Under the pieces are notes generated by a model. The model saw only the letters and a list, made by a program, of their open reading frames with translations. It was not told where the DNA came from and searched no databases. Made by a program: the position numbers and the translations under genes. Positions 34,700-48,376 of a stretch of DNA of 64,000 nt are shown in pieces (within the stretch, counting starts at the first letter, position 1; each line of letters begins with the position of its first letter). Source of the stretch: Phoronis australis (taxonomy: Eukaryota; Animalia; Phoronida); contig NMRA01000390.1 in assembly GCA_002633005.1 (NCBI GenBank), positions 207,544 through 271,543 of the forward strand. The letters run 5' to 3'.

Positions 34700-37440
34700 T
34701 GATCTGCTGTGTTTCGCCATTGTAATGGATTATCAAGTGACCAAACGTCTTCCACTCATTTCATCATTTGGTGGGAAACTTGGGCAAAACGACCAGTTTA
34801 AACATGCATTTGATGGTTTTGTAGCATTTGAAAATTCCAAAACTAAAAGGGCATATTATGGTAGGTATTCGGGAGGTGTGGCAATCTTTGTGGAAGCAAC
34901 ATTATAGCCTATAAATCAGTCATCAAGTTGAACACATTTTCTGAGTTTCCTGACATGGTAGGAATTGTTTATGATGGTCGAACTTTCAATCTGAACAAAG
35001 ACGTATTTTATATTTAGACTTATGTTGCTCCAGAATCATCTACTGTTTATAACAATGAATCTGAGGACGGTATTTTGAAGCTAGAAAAAATACCTTTCAA
35101 ATCCAAGCTACTTTAATACGACAGGTGTATATAATACTGACTGGAGGTTTTAATACCATGACTTGCTCATCCACAGATTATGTATTAGATGATAGCATGA
35201 TATGTAGTGATCATGATTTGTATGATTTTTACTTTTTGATATTCCTAGGTATTCACTTGTTGGTTAACAGGCTAACTGTGGTAGAAACTTATTGCAGTTA
35301 TGTAAAACGTAAGGTATTCACATAGTGAATGGTAGATATGAGAATGGCAGCCCTGGTATGGTCACTTCTCAAGTCCAGTCGATTATGTTATTATGAACAG
35401 CGAGTTATAAAACTACTTGACTAACTTCAGAGTGACAACCCATGAGGTCTCTGATCACTACCCACTATCATGTACGTTATACTTGGCCACACCAATGGTG
35501 GCGAGCTGGATGACGTCTTTACTTGCGAACGAATTCGATGGAATAGTTCACTTGCAGATAAATGAATGGTGAACATGCCCAAACAATTCTGTCTCACCTT
35601 CATGGCTGTATAGAAAACAATAACACAGACCATGCGGTTGGAATTTTAGAATCGTTTTTCAAAACGGTAGATGAATCAATGGGAATCACCAAGGCTAGAA
35701 CAACTGTTAACAGGAAATTTTAAACGGGATCAAGCCTCGTGGTAGGATGAGGGATGTCAAGAGAAAAAAAGAGTTCAAGCGTAAAGCATTTAAATAAATT
35801 GCGAAAAGGTAGATGTACTATAAATGAATATAGAAGATTAATGAGTGACTTCAGAAATATTGTCAAAATTAATATAAACAGATGTTGTATAGAATATCGA
35901 TGCGCGATCAAATTAAACAAACGGCTAAAGACCCAAGTAAATGCTGGGATATTATTAAAAAGCAGGATAAAACATGTAACAAAAATGCTATCACTGCTCA
36001 TCAGTGGAAGGGATACTTTAGTGATACCCTATTAAGTTCTAGTTGTTCATTATTGGATGAAGAATTTGCCGCTCAAGTTGACCTTAGTAACTAATTGCAT
36101 GACAGACACTGCAACCAATGTTTTGATAAGAACACGGCTATGAATAAACCTATAACAGAAAACGAAGTCAACAATGCATTTAACTCTTATTAAGAATAAC
36201 AAGACTACTGGCATAGATGGAATTCCTGGTGAACTCATGAAGCTCTCTACCTGACTAAGCTGTTTAATGCTATTTTATTTCCAGAGTGTATGCCAGGGGA
36301 TTGGTGTAAAGCGCTAATTGTCCCGATACACAAAAAGGGAAGTCATGACGATTTAAACAATTATCGAGGTATATCGTTGCTAAATATAGTAAACAAGTTG
36401 CTTGTCAATATAATTAATAACCGGCTTGTTAAGTGAGCGACCGATGCAAAACTCAGTAGGAAGAGAAGGCTGGATTTAGAAAATCGTACAGCACAATATT
36501 GACCAGATATTTACCCTAAATGAATTGGTGCAGAAATAGTTGAGTAAGATAACGGGTAGATGCTATGTATTTTCTTAGATTTAAAAAGGCGTTTGATACT
36601 GTACAATTCAGATTCCTATTCCATAAACTTGTTAATACTGGTGTGCTTGGCAACATATTAAAAGTGATCCAATCAATGTATGAAAAGTTAGAATCGTGTG
36701 TACGAGTGAATAATACTCACAGAACAAGGTTCTTTAAATGCACAGCAGGAGTGAGGCAATGGTGTGTCCTAAGTCCTTCTTTCCTGTTCACAATATTTTT
36801 AAATGAATTAATGAAACTCCTAAAGTAATTCGATTGTCAGGGTACTTCTACTGACAGTGACTCTCCTGATGTATTAAGCTGATGACATGGCAAACATTGC
36901 GAAAACACCAAGACAGTTACAAAAACAAATAATAATTGTAGAACAATTCTCTAAACAATTTGGGATAGAGGTCAATGTTGACAAAACAAAGCTTATGGTT
37001 TTCCGAAATTGTGGTCCCTTGAAAAAATATTGAGAAGTGGTCATAAAATTTTCAACCAATGAACACAGTGTCGTATTTTATGTATTTATGCTGTATTTTC
37101 TCCTCCCGAGCATGCTGGAGTAAACATCCGAAGAGCTAGCTGCACAAGCTAGGAAGGCTATGTTTTCTTTAATAAGTAGATTTGACAGATCAATCAATGG
37201 CTTAAATTGCAAAACTGCCTTGCAAATATTTGATAAAACAATAACACCATACTATAATACGGCAAAGAAGTGCGAGGCGCCCAACAAAGCCATTGAGAGT
37301 GTGCAGGTTACCTTTTGTAAACATAAAGAGTCAGAAATAACACTTCCAACTGTGCTGTTCTTGGAGAATTTGGAAGATTCCCATTGTATGTGAATTACTT
37401 TATAAGATGTATCAAGTGTCGGTTAAAATATTAGAAATTC
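34700..37440 (+). mobile_element. Decayed LINE ORF2 (APE endonuclease + RT), RTEX/CR1-group-like
   Basis: GRYSGGVAIFV, ILTGGFN, GIDGIPGE, VPIHKKG..NNYRGISLLN, AGFRK, FKKAFDTV, GVRQ.CVLSP, ADDM, VNVDKTKLMVFR; many stops and frameshifts. Confidence 0.88.
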
Positions 37441-37714
37441 CCAGTGACAGCATTGCATAAAAACATATCTTCTTCACCATATTTGTTGAACATCGTTTGG
37501 AAATAGTGTTTTTAAATATTGGTTCACTGTTTACAACATAATTGTTGGATTACGTGAGGTTATCGGATGAACGCAGACGATGATGGATCTGGACTATGTA
37601 CATGATTATTGGTTTGCAAATTTTCTTCCCTTAGTGTTATGACTATTGTCACGCTGATGTTTTCCAAATAAACACGCTATGCCTGGGGTTTACTATCAGA
37701 AATTCCCTACATTA

Positions 37715-39410
37715 TCAATAGCAGTAAAACAAAAATGGTGATGTTCACCTGGAAGCGGAAGTTGAATGTAAAACCATTAAAGCTACTGAACTCTCACTCC
37801 AAGAAAAAGTCACCTACCCAGGTGTTACTCTCCACCATCGCTTTTCTTGGACACCTCACGTGATGGACAAGATAACCAAGGCCAAGTCGGCCCTGGTAAG
37901 GTGTTGCCGAGTAGTGGGTAAAACTTGGGAACTCTCTCCCAAAAATTCTCTCTGTATCTACATTGGTGTTATCAGACCCATGTTAGCTTACGCGGCATCA
38001 ATATGGATAACACCTCTTGAACAGAGCACTGTTAGAACTAAACTGATACAAATACAGCGTTTAGCTTGCTCGTTTGTTACTTCTGCTTTTCCAGGTTCAC
38101 CTACAACTACAATGGAAATGCTTATTGGTTTGCCACCCCTGCATATTTACCTCAACGGTGAAGCTGTGCTTGAAGCTTACCGTATGAGGTGTAATGGGCA
38201 GTGGAGTAATGTGTGAATCACTGATACTGTTGCTCATAAGAGCCATGTTAATGTATGCAACAGCTTAATGTCAGAACCTGGAACACATTTGGCAATGCCA
38301 AGGGATGTTTTATTGACAGACACAATTTCTATACAGAAATTTCTGTATAGAAATTGGAGGTGGTCACGAAATCATTGATTACAATGACCAACACTTCGTT
38401 TGTTACGCTGATTGCTCTAAACTTGACAACGGACAGTCAGGTTCGTGAATTTACTTTTCAGGCCTTACAGGTGACGACAAAGAAAGATGGGTCTCACTGG
38501 GTAACACCGTTACAGTCTTTCAGGCTGAAATTGTTGCCATTCACCAGGCTGCCCAACTGGCAAGGGAGCATAAAGCAGTCCTTGGAACAAGGAACTCTTC
38601 ATACTCTCTGACAGCCAAGCAACTCTAAGCCCAAGATCAACTACCATTGTGTCCTGGCCTGTGTAAACGAGCTTAACCGCCTATCAGCTGGTAGAACTGT
38701 TCATGTGAACTGGGTTAAAGCCCATGTTGGCATTGACGGTAACGAAGCTGCTGACAAACTTGCAAAAGAAGGAGCAAATGCACCCTGTTTTGCACCAGAA
38801 CCTTGCATACCAGTTGTCTATAGGTGCTGCAGAGCAAAGGTAAGACACTGGGTGTGCAAACTGTCCGTGGATACATGGAGAAAGCTCCTTGCCTGCAGAC
38901 AAACCAAACAACTTTTTCGAAGTCCTAGTGAACCAAACGGTTCAAAGAAACTGTTATGTTTAGATAGGCTTGCTATAAGGCAACTGATCCAGGTTATTAC
39001 TGGACACTGCAACCTAGCTCGGCACCGTAACATCACAGGCCACATGGCATGTTCATTGTGTCCCAACTGTGGCTTGCAGGCCGAGACTTCTCAACATCTG
39101 ATGAAGATTTGCCCTGCCTACAATAAACACCGTAATTTACTACTTGATGGATACATAACCTGCCTGGTTAACATTGTTAATTCATACAGGTTTAATAGTC
39201 TTTCTGTCTTTCTGAAACAAACTGGCTGATTGGAAGATTTCACCCGTGAGGAATTCGGTGATGTCGTGTCCCCATGAATCATAATCAGGTGACTAGTGTA
39301 ATGGGCCCGGCCTTTTGGCCGAAACACGCCTAATGTACCGCAAAAGGCATCAGGCCACCTGCACCTTTTTGTAAATCATCAAACATAGCAACATCACCCA
39401 TTCAATTCAA
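37715..39410 (+). mobile_element. 5'-truncated RNase H-bearing LINE (LOA-like), decayed
   Basis: VVGKTWELSPK..VIRPMLAYAASIW..QRLAC; RNase H motifs VFQAEIVAI, SDSQA, WVKAHVGIDGNEAADKLAKEGA; C-terminal TGHC..CPNC..ETSQHL..CP; ttcaa-type tail. Confidence 0.88.
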
Positions 39411-40281
39411 AATCACACATATATTGAGCGCACTTCGGGTGCCCCGGCCCAATTCCCATTAACTAAAATAAAATAAGAAACGCAAATACAAAGTTCAATT
39501 TTTAATTATTCTCATATAGCTGGAAAAAGGAGGTGTGCTGTTGTATTTTAATAACATTTACTGCTACCATGAGACATGTTCGCAGGCGCCTCTAGTACCT
39601 AAATATAGTTCCACTAAGCCCGATCAAAAACAAACATGAAAAATGTCAAGTCGCGTGCGATTCCGCCAGAACTTTTATAAACGCCAAACCAAAACAAACG
39701 ACCATTTGCCGTGAAAACACGCCTATCAATTAATTCCCCTAATATAAATGAGCGGTCCACTGTGCACGCTCAATGCTATGCAGAAACTCTGGCCGTTTCG
39801 ATATCGAGCCTCCCAATAAGCACAACCACCGCCGTTTTCAAATCCAGAAACTGTTGCCAAGTTATTGGTCAAGGCACTAGATTCGTGCGTCCTCTCCTAT
39901 GTTGTCTTGACCCCACATTTGGCGAAGTGGGGAAAATGTCCGCCTCAGAGAAACAAAAGCTCCGAACTGAGAAAGTAGAAAACGAGACAAAAGTCCACTA
40001 AAAAGACAGGAACTACCAAAATTCGGCGAATGCACAATTCATAGCTCTGTGTACCCCATGAATCTTAGTGAAAGGTGCTCATTCTCAAAAATTCGAGAAC
40101 CCCATTTTTAGGCTGGATGCGCGCATGAGATTGCGTTGTAAAATCAATACCGTTCAGATTATTGTATGTGCAACCGCATCACGTGACTTGTAAGCCAAGA
40201 GGCTTGGGTTTGTGTGGTGCTCCATATCTTAATCTATCCATGTTGCTATCATAAATAAATAAGTATAAATTCTGACGTACC

Positions 40282-40385
40282 CAGTGTTCGAACTACAGCA
40301 AATAAATGTGAAAATTTAAAAGTTACTGGCCTGCCGCAAATCCACTAGCCCCGGGACACCGGGCCAGGGTGTATATCGAACGCTG
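40282..40385. mobile_element. Small hAT-type MITE
   Basis: CAGTGTTCGA..TCGAACGCTG termini; flanks only partly match as an 8-bp TSD. Confidence 0.55.
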
Positions 40386-41673
40386 GGTGTCCCATATTTA
40401 TTCTAAAAACAATCCTCGTGCCATTCACCTCCAGCAGTACAACACCCGCCTGGGCAATTCCATTACAATGATTCAATTTAGGGAAATTCATGTGAAAGGT
40501 TTTATTTCAATCTAGAACTCCCAGTTCTTCAGTTCTACGAGTTCGTGTATCAAATCTCCGGCCTACATTTCAAATATTAAATAAACAGAGTGTACATAAT
40601 ATCTGAGACAAAATTATTTCATTTCAAGGAATATGTTCAATGTTTCTCAACTAAACATAAATCAGATACATAGCAACTGTTCTTAAGGTATGGATCTTCA
40701 AAACATTTCTCAACACTATTTCGCCCACGAAATCGGACCCACTTGAAATGTGACAAAGGGGCCAAATGGACAAAATTAAAACCGTGTAAATCTCAAAACA
40801 ACCGAATCACAGACGTGGCCATGAATATTTCTCATAATCGAAATGACATCTTCAATGTTGCGAATGTTTTGTTAAATTTCCTATCACTCTCTTCATCTAA
40901 ATTACACTTAATTAAACCTCTTTAACGAAAAATTACATTAAACCATCGGGAAATTGTGAACCCCTGTTGATTGTAGGCTACTTCTAACGACATAGACGTG
41001 GTGGGCGTGCCCGAGGCTGGGATGGGGTGGGTGGGTGAACGAACCCTTTGTGGAGTCTGTGTCTATCACTTTGATGCCAGACAAGCTTGAAAATTTGGAT
41101 GCTTGAAATGTGCCTGCAAATACGTGGTTCATTTTTGTTTTGGATTAACGGATTTTTACCATTGTACTACGAGGGAGGTAGATAGCAATCGGGAAGCGAA
41201 TGTGCGTGTGTGTATCCACTCAGACATTTACCAGTCAGAGCCGAGAATCGAACTTGATGAGTTTCGCTGCTACGCACGAACTAAGCTGTAACCATGCATT
41301 CTTATTTTTTGTTGTATGCTTGATTACCACAGTATTACATGTCGGTCGGTGAATTTTCAAATTAGTGTTTGAATGCTCATTTGCCTGCTCTAGCAGAATC
41401 GGAATAAGTACAGTAAATTGCCTAGAATCACAATGAAATTGTTTTATATGGCTTGTTGTTTGAGAATTGATGTCCAGGAGGGGGTTAGTGAGACAGTTAA
41501 GGGAAGATGTGACGGCGTTTTGGTAGACCGGAGTTTCGCAAGTGACATTATAGATTGCGCTTTAAACATTCCTTTTGCGGGCTTTCTTTTGCCCCCGTTT
41601 TCTTATGCTACTTTTGTCAGCCTCGCTCGCTCTCCCTTGGGTGGGCGGATGCATCCTTCTGCTGCATCTGTGG

Positions 41674-42342
41674 CAGATTGTCACCCACCTTTACAGTTCA
41701 ACATGTTATATAACTTTTGTAATTACTGATATCTGTAGTAGTTTAGTTTGTCATAATATATATGACCTTTTATCTCAACTACACGTGTTGTTTCACTGTA
41801 AACTAGCTGCGATATCGCTTCGCAGTTAGCGCACATAAAAACTATTTAAGTATTAAATTATTTTATGTAAGCTATACTGCCTCGTCCTCATTATCATATT
41901 GTTTGGATTCTCAGGTCAGTGACCCTCTTTGTTTTAAGATTATTGGTTCAATTGTACCACGTGATCTCTTTGTCTTGCCGCAACACTGGGACATCGTCCA
42001 CAATTCTCTCCAACTTCTCATTTTTCACTCAATTTCTCTTTCCCTCCCTCCCTCAAACCAATTTTCTTTCTTTCTCTGTTATCCTCAAATTTCACATGTC
42101 GCTGTCCCGGTGTTGCTGTTATGCTTCCACATATTGTTTCGTAACTTACCACTTGTGTATACCTTCATTGGAGACAGATTGTCACCCACCTTTACAGTTC
42201 AACATGTTAGATAACTTTTGTAATTACTGATAACTGTAGTAGTTTAGTTTGTCATAATATATATATGACCTTTTATCTCAACTACACGTGTTGTTTCACT
42301 GTAAACTAGCTTCGGTATCGCTTCGCAGTTAGCGCATATAAA
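41674..42342. repeat. ~165-bp direct repeat pair (41674-41839 and 42175-42342)
   Basis: cagattgtcacccacctttacagttcaacatg..cttcgcagttagcgca occurs twice, near-identical. Confidence 0.9.
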
Positions 42343-42599
42343 TGTGTTTATGTTCGGCATATGTCCATGATGAACCTGGACGCCGCATGAGCAAAGTTCC
42401 ATTTTCAATGATAAAAAGGAGACTTAAAGATGGCAAAATGGTCTTTTATTATGATGAATCAATGGAAATATAAATTTTATGTATACAATATGTGGAAAGA
42501 TAGCCAAAAGAAAACTGGCATGAAAGATGTCTGAGACAAGCTGATGTCCATCCAAAAAAGAAGACAATATGAATAAAGTAACATGAAGTCTGGAAATTT

Positions 42600-44000
42600 A
42601 ATTGATAAAAAAAACACCTTCACAAGCTGTCGACAACTCACTGTCATGAAATATATTCGGATGCTGTTCATTTGAATTATCGATAGAAGGAAGTCGGAAC
42701 CAATGTAGAAATGCCAGGATTGGAGTTATGTGGTTGTAAGAAGTGTTTGAGAAAATCCTCTGATAGCTGTTTTGTACCAGTTGAAAAGTGCAGACGTCAG
42801 CTTGGTTTCTGCCATGCAAGACTAAAGCTACATGGGCCAGTCGAGATGTTCATGCTATTGGTATAGGCGACATAATGTTTGAAAGCGCTCCTAGTTCATC
42901 TTCAACTTATACGGCGACCAGCGCCCGATGTCAGCAACACCTTTGGTGTTTGCCAATCATCTCCAAAAGCTGCATTACATTAGGGACGTCCACTACGCTG
43001 TCGTCAACGTAACGAAGGTGTGTTACGCCGAATATTCTGATTAATGTCTACCTGGCGAATAAATTGGCAAAACATATGGCAGACTCTTGGGGGACTCCAC
43101 GAATGATGATAATCGAGTTGGACTCAGCTTTTGCGATGCCAAAGGCTGTAATTGATAGTGAAGGTGCGACGCGCACTACGTCAAATATGCCGTATCTGTT
43201 TTGTCGAATGCTGCACTTAGAACAACAAAGTTTCAGAATAACTGTGCAGTTGTCAAACTGCCAACAGGTGGCCAATGTGGAGCATTTCCGTCTCTCTGGG
43301 GATGTGTTGCCTGTAACTAGCCGTTCCAGAGGATACAAATCAGCCTTAAACTCACAAGAAGCAACTTTTGATTTAGACCACTTGCCGTCATAGAAATTGT
43401 AGTCAATTATTGTTTCTTACAAATTTGAGACGGCATCAGGACTTGAAAAGAACTGACAGACAGCTATTACTTGAGACCAGGCGTGCGTTCAGTAGACGCT
43501 AGGACCTACGCTAGGACCTAGCTAAAACCTAGTCAAAGTCACGTGTTCTCATTTAAAATGCACGGCAATATCTCACGTAATCTCGCGAAGTCTTGCTTTT
43601 TAGCGAGGTCCTAGCGTCACTGAACGGGAGGCCGGCTCTATCAGTTAAGCCTATCTTCAGTACCAGAGCGTGTCATCTTCGAGCAACAGGTCTCAACGGG
43701 ATGTCAAGTTTACTGAAAGCAAATAAATTCCGAGGAACAATTAAGTTGTGACCAACGCTACAGCGCGTCGTGAGTTAAATCAAATGTTCGTTTCTTGAAT
43801 TGATTGCGGGTTCCTAGCTTCTTTATATAACTCGAAAAATTAATGCTTGAAAAAGCGAAGTGACGATAAGACAAACTGATGGTCCAATTCCAATGTTCTA
43901 CTCTTCGATAATGGTGTTACCATTGGCGTCTTGATCTATGTGGCACAGAACGGTTCTGGTGGATAGAGGCAAGTTCAAAATGTGAACGAGAATACTCAGC
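42600..44000 (-). mobile_element. Possible highly decayed Penelope-like RT remnant
   Basis: ordered minus-strand motifs DIPLRPV, LLVSL, GIAKA/FANLF, LRYVDD across frames. Confidence 0.45.
43481..43632. mobile_element. Harbinger-type MITE
   Basis: cgttcagtagacgctaggacct / aggtcctagcgtcactgaacg inverted ends; cag/cgg flanks. Confidence 0.6.
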
Positions 44001-45893
44001 AGGATATCGGTGGTTTCCATCACAACCCCATGTAAGCTGTAAGATAGGCTAATGGTCAGTGCATGAGAACGAAGCTCACTGTCTGTCAAATACACAAACT
44101 GTAGCAAGAAGTTGAGTTAGTATTTCCAAATGAGTTTGTCCTTGGTTTCCACGTCTGGTAATTAGTAGGCTTTCTTGGCAAAGACAAAAGAACTAAACAG
44201 GCGTGCTTTCCGTACACTCGAGAACTTGATAATCAAGATCACGCAAGGCTTCACGAGATATCGCCATGTCTTACAAACCAGGCACATGACAACACCAGCT
44301 TCTCTTGCAAGATATTACGTCTGCGGAACCCAGGCCCACGTCGCTTCCAAAATATCATAGAACAAATGGACTCCGGAACATAAACAGTACTTATACACTG
44401 CATTTAAATCATATGGATTGGAATGTCTGGAATTTAGTTGAATGTGCTCATTTGCGAAGGGGTGTACCGTAGTTTGGGTTAAGAAGTCTATAGCAAATAT
44501 CCCAACATAAGGCTCTTGAATATTTCCGTGTGCAAATTTGTAGACACCGATCAAATGGCATCTCGCTCGAGGTTTTCACGAATAATATGAGAAAAAGGCA
44601 AACCATCGTCGATATAAGTCCAAAAGAACTTGTTTTCACGTTCATTACTTCGCTCCTCCTCTCACAAACAAACCTGTAAAATTATCAAAAGTTATATAAA
44701 TTGTGTGTTCAGTCTGCACACAAATGGTCATTTCTTGCCACTGTGCTAACAAAATGTGCAAGCCACGTTTCATAATTGCCCACAACATATTGTTTGCCCA
44801 CTGAAATAAGACTACCGCACTGTTTGTCCAGTGAAATAAGACTATCACGAGTTTTCCTTTTTGTCATTCAGTAACCGGTTTATCAGCAATAAGCAAAGTT
44901 ATTGGTACTTACTCTGAAATGTACTTTAAATCTTTTTATAAAAGCAAACTTAAAAATCTTCTCAGCGCTAATTAGGTCAAGCCCGGGACAAGCATTGGTA
45001 CTTCAAACTCAAGTAATGAGCGATATGATGATGGATCTTTCCGCTGAACTCCAATGGGTCTATCGGGTTTTACAATTCATCATTAGCAACGATAACTGGA
45101 ACGTTAAAATTAATGGGAAATAAAGGGTTCCCAAAAACATAAACTAGAACAATGTTTTTTTTAAAGACGGGACTGTGCAAGGCTTTAAAGATGTTGGGAT
45201 CGCTTCTGAATAAGCGTGACTTCTTGTAGGTATTAGTTATGGCCTGAGTTAAAAATCAGTGAAATCTACTGTGTTTTGCAATGTTATTACAAATTCCTTA
45301 TTCCCGATATTGGCTTCCATACATTCAGTAGAATTTATTGAAATCGAAGCCGGTGAGGATATCAGTTAAATACGCTTTTAGCTCAAGTAGCCGCGTTGGA
45401 CTGCTGAGGTGGTGAGGTCTAATCCTTTGTGAAGCTGCTCAAATACACAATATAGTCGTGATAGTGTATCGACCCTAGGAATATGTGTTCAAATTGGGGC
45501 AAAATGTCTCAGAAACGGCTGATCGGATTCATATGGAACATTCATACACTATGCTTTATGCACCATTCTCCAACTTGCTTTTTGGAATTTCTTTTATAAT
45601 CTTCCGCTTTTGTACGAGGGATTGCCAAAAGAAGATTCTCATGCTTTAATAAAAAACTCAATGATGCACGGAACGAAAAAGAAATAGTAATTTAGAAATT
45701 TGTAGCAGCTGTTTGAGTACTCATTATGAACTTATATCAATTGAAAATTGGTCATTTTCTTGCTACTTTGATGCAACGATTGTTTTCTTAAAATTCGTGT
45801 CAGATGACCCCATAACTGGCACACTGCTACAAAATCAAAGTCACGCTCTAGAAGCCTTGTACTTTCAGCAAATGTATACTTTCCCTGCGTTAA

Positions 45894-47215
45894 AGGCGAA
45901 AGCAACATTTTTTCATGTCACTTTTAGCAAAAATAAGTTTCGTTGATTATCCCAGACACATTTTTCACTTAATTACAGGTTTTCGTAATTTGATTAATTT
46001 CTCGTCTTCTACCCCGGAAGTGACGTTTTGGGAGGCAAGAGCTTCATAGTCTGACTGTGAGAGCTGTCGAGTCAGTCATTGTTCTACCTCGGTTGTGATA
46101 AGTTCGGTCGTCGTTTGCTTTTGTTTACAAGTCAGTCAACATGCCACGCTGTTGCTGCGTGCCGGGATGTACTCATTATCGTCTCACACGCGCTTTGGGT
46201 ACCTTGCGTCGCTTTCCGAAGGACGACACACTTCGCCGTACTTGGCTAGCTCCGGTTCATGTGGAGAACGCAGCGCTACCCGTCCACGCAACGTACAAAG
46301 CAGTGGAGGGTTACCGAGTATGTGGCAAGCATTTTCTGCCGTCAGATTATGACAGAGATATGTACGCTGAATTCATGAAGGTCCCTGCGAAACAACGCCT
46401 GAAGAAGGGTACCATACCGTCGCTGTTGATTCCCGTCAGTGCACCGTCGCCAACCCCGAGAAGTGCGTTTTTGAAGCGAGAAGCCTCGCGAGCTGTGGCC
46501 ACTATATACAGTGACTGGAGGCACTTCATCTACTGTCACCCGTGCCTCCGAACGTACCCCATTGCGTGCAATTCCAGGAACTAGCAGTGATTCGTGCTGT
46601 GCTGTTGTCTCTAGCCCAGAGAGCCTGTAAGCAGCCCTGCAGCGATGTTGAGTAGTGGGAGTGAATACAGGCCAGTTCGACACCCAGTGAAGAGGACAGT
46701 TCGTCATCCAATGAACAGATCGGTGAGCCTAAGTTTTTTATAAGTTTATTATGGACTTGTATTGGAGATATTTGGAAGGTGCCAGATGTGTGGCGAGGGA
46801 GTCACACGGCGGGATGTAAGCAGTTTGGGTACTCAGATCACCCTTCAGTGGCCAGTGTGTCGCGGGACACTCGGGCACAAGTGGGACAGTTTGTCCTCTG
46901 TACGTGAGACGATAATGAGTACATCTTAGTACGCAGCAACAGCGTGGCATGTTGACTGACTCGTAAGCAAAAGCAAACGACGACCGAACTTATCACAACC
47001 GAGGTAGAACAATGACTGACTCGACTGCTCTCACAGTCAGACTATATGAAAAGAAATTGGCGCGAAATTCTTGCCTCCCAAAACGTCACTTCCGGAGTAG
47101 ACGACGAGTAATTAATTAAATTGCGAAAAGCAGTAAATAAGTGAAAAATATGCCTGGGATAATCAACGAACCTTATTTTTGCTAAAAATGACATGAAAAA
47201 AGGTTGCCTTCGCCT
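45894..47215 (+). mobile_element. Kolobok-like family A, copy 2, with intact THAP ORF
   Basis: TTAA|AGGCGAAAGCAAC..GGTTGCCTTCGCCT|tatt; colinear with 5093-6410. Confidence 0.87.
46141..46584 (+). CDS. Transposon-borne THAP zinc-finger ORF (147 aa, no catalytic domain)
   Basis: MPRCCCVPGC..RRFPKD..RRTW..YRVCGKHF..RLKKGTIPSL: C2CH THAP signature with conserved P, W, F and AVP-like box. Confidence 0.75.
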   Translation: MPRCCCVPGCTHYRLTRALGTLRRFPKDDTLRRTWLAPVHVENAALPVHATYKAVEGYRVCGKHFLPSDYDRDMYAEFMKVPAKQRLKKGTIPSLLIPVSAPSPTPRSAFLKREASRAVATIYSDWRHFIYCHPCLRTYPIACNSRN

Positions 47216-48228
47216 TATTCTGAGTTGTGTGCATTCATTGCGAAATGTGTAGACCTGTCGATAAGGTCTTACATGAGTTCTTGAACTCGGAAGCCAAAAG
47301 CTAGAGAAGACGGCTTTAGTCAGACCGGTTGCGTTCTGTAGGCGCATTAAACTCGTGAAAACGGTTGGTATTAAAAGCGAAGAATTAGCTTTTCTTGCAA
47401 TTGTATGTTTAATGTCTACCGAACGCAGCCCATGGTTGAACTCGCTACAGAATGTGTCACCATTTCCGGCGGTTTGAGGAGGTGCTACGTTAAACAAAGC
47501 AATTACTGAAAAGGTTCACGATACCTTCAATAGTAGACATTTTGATCATAAAGGACTCTAAAAAGGTAACGTTACTATCAAGTGCAACTGCTTGAACTTC
47601 CTAGTCCCATTTGAACAAAAAACATTTCAAAGCGGTTTTGGGATGTCATATTGAATAAGTTCGGAGCAAAGTACGTTTGAATTCCCCCCCCCCTTCTAAT
47701 TTCGACACTGGACAAGGCTCTGTCTCGTCACCTAAGGTAAAAACTGACCAATTTCTATCTCAGGCTGGCGGTGTGTGCTGTCACCAATGAGTCCCTCAGT
47801 TTTAATTATTCTTGCTCTTCAAAACGAAGCTATCCTGATTTTTAAGTCCAATCACATTGTAAAAATACAATCAAAATTGCAAAAAAAATCGTCAAAAATT
47901 TTTCATGCAAAAATATCGTCTCAATGTAAAAATGAAATCGCATTAAAACATGGTCACATTGTAAAAAGTCGTCTTTTAATTTGTATAGATTCTCCAATTA
48001 AATCGTTGGAGCGTGTTCTTAACACAACAACCAAAATAAAACACAAAAATACACTTCTGTAATGGATGGAAATGTTCACAACCAACTCAGTGAACTCTTT
48101 CAAAGTTAGTTCAAGCCAACTGACTTTTGTAGAAAATCCGGCCTTGAAAAACTCACCCAGTACTGTCCGACATGTCCCGCAAATTCTTCCTAGTACAGTG
48201 TACGTATCCTCAGGGTAGCAACTCACTT

Positions 48229-48376
48229 AGGCTCTGTTTCACTGAAATGTCGTAACTTTACGACTAAATTTAGACAGAGCTTAAACGGAGACTTACAACA
48301 AACTAGCCTTCAGTTAGACTCTCGATGGTTTAAAAATGCGAGGCTAAAGTTGTGGCATTTCAGTGAAACAAGTCTC
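48229..48376. mobile_element. Hairpin MITE (Harbinger-like)
   Basis: ctgtttcactgaaatgtcgtaacttta / taaagttgtggcatttcagtgaaaca. Confidence 0.65.

Noticed and set aside
46141-46584. Domesticated host THAP gene
   Set aside because: Intronless, inside TIRs with a TTAA flank, and has a near-identical frameshifted sister copy, so it is transposon cargo
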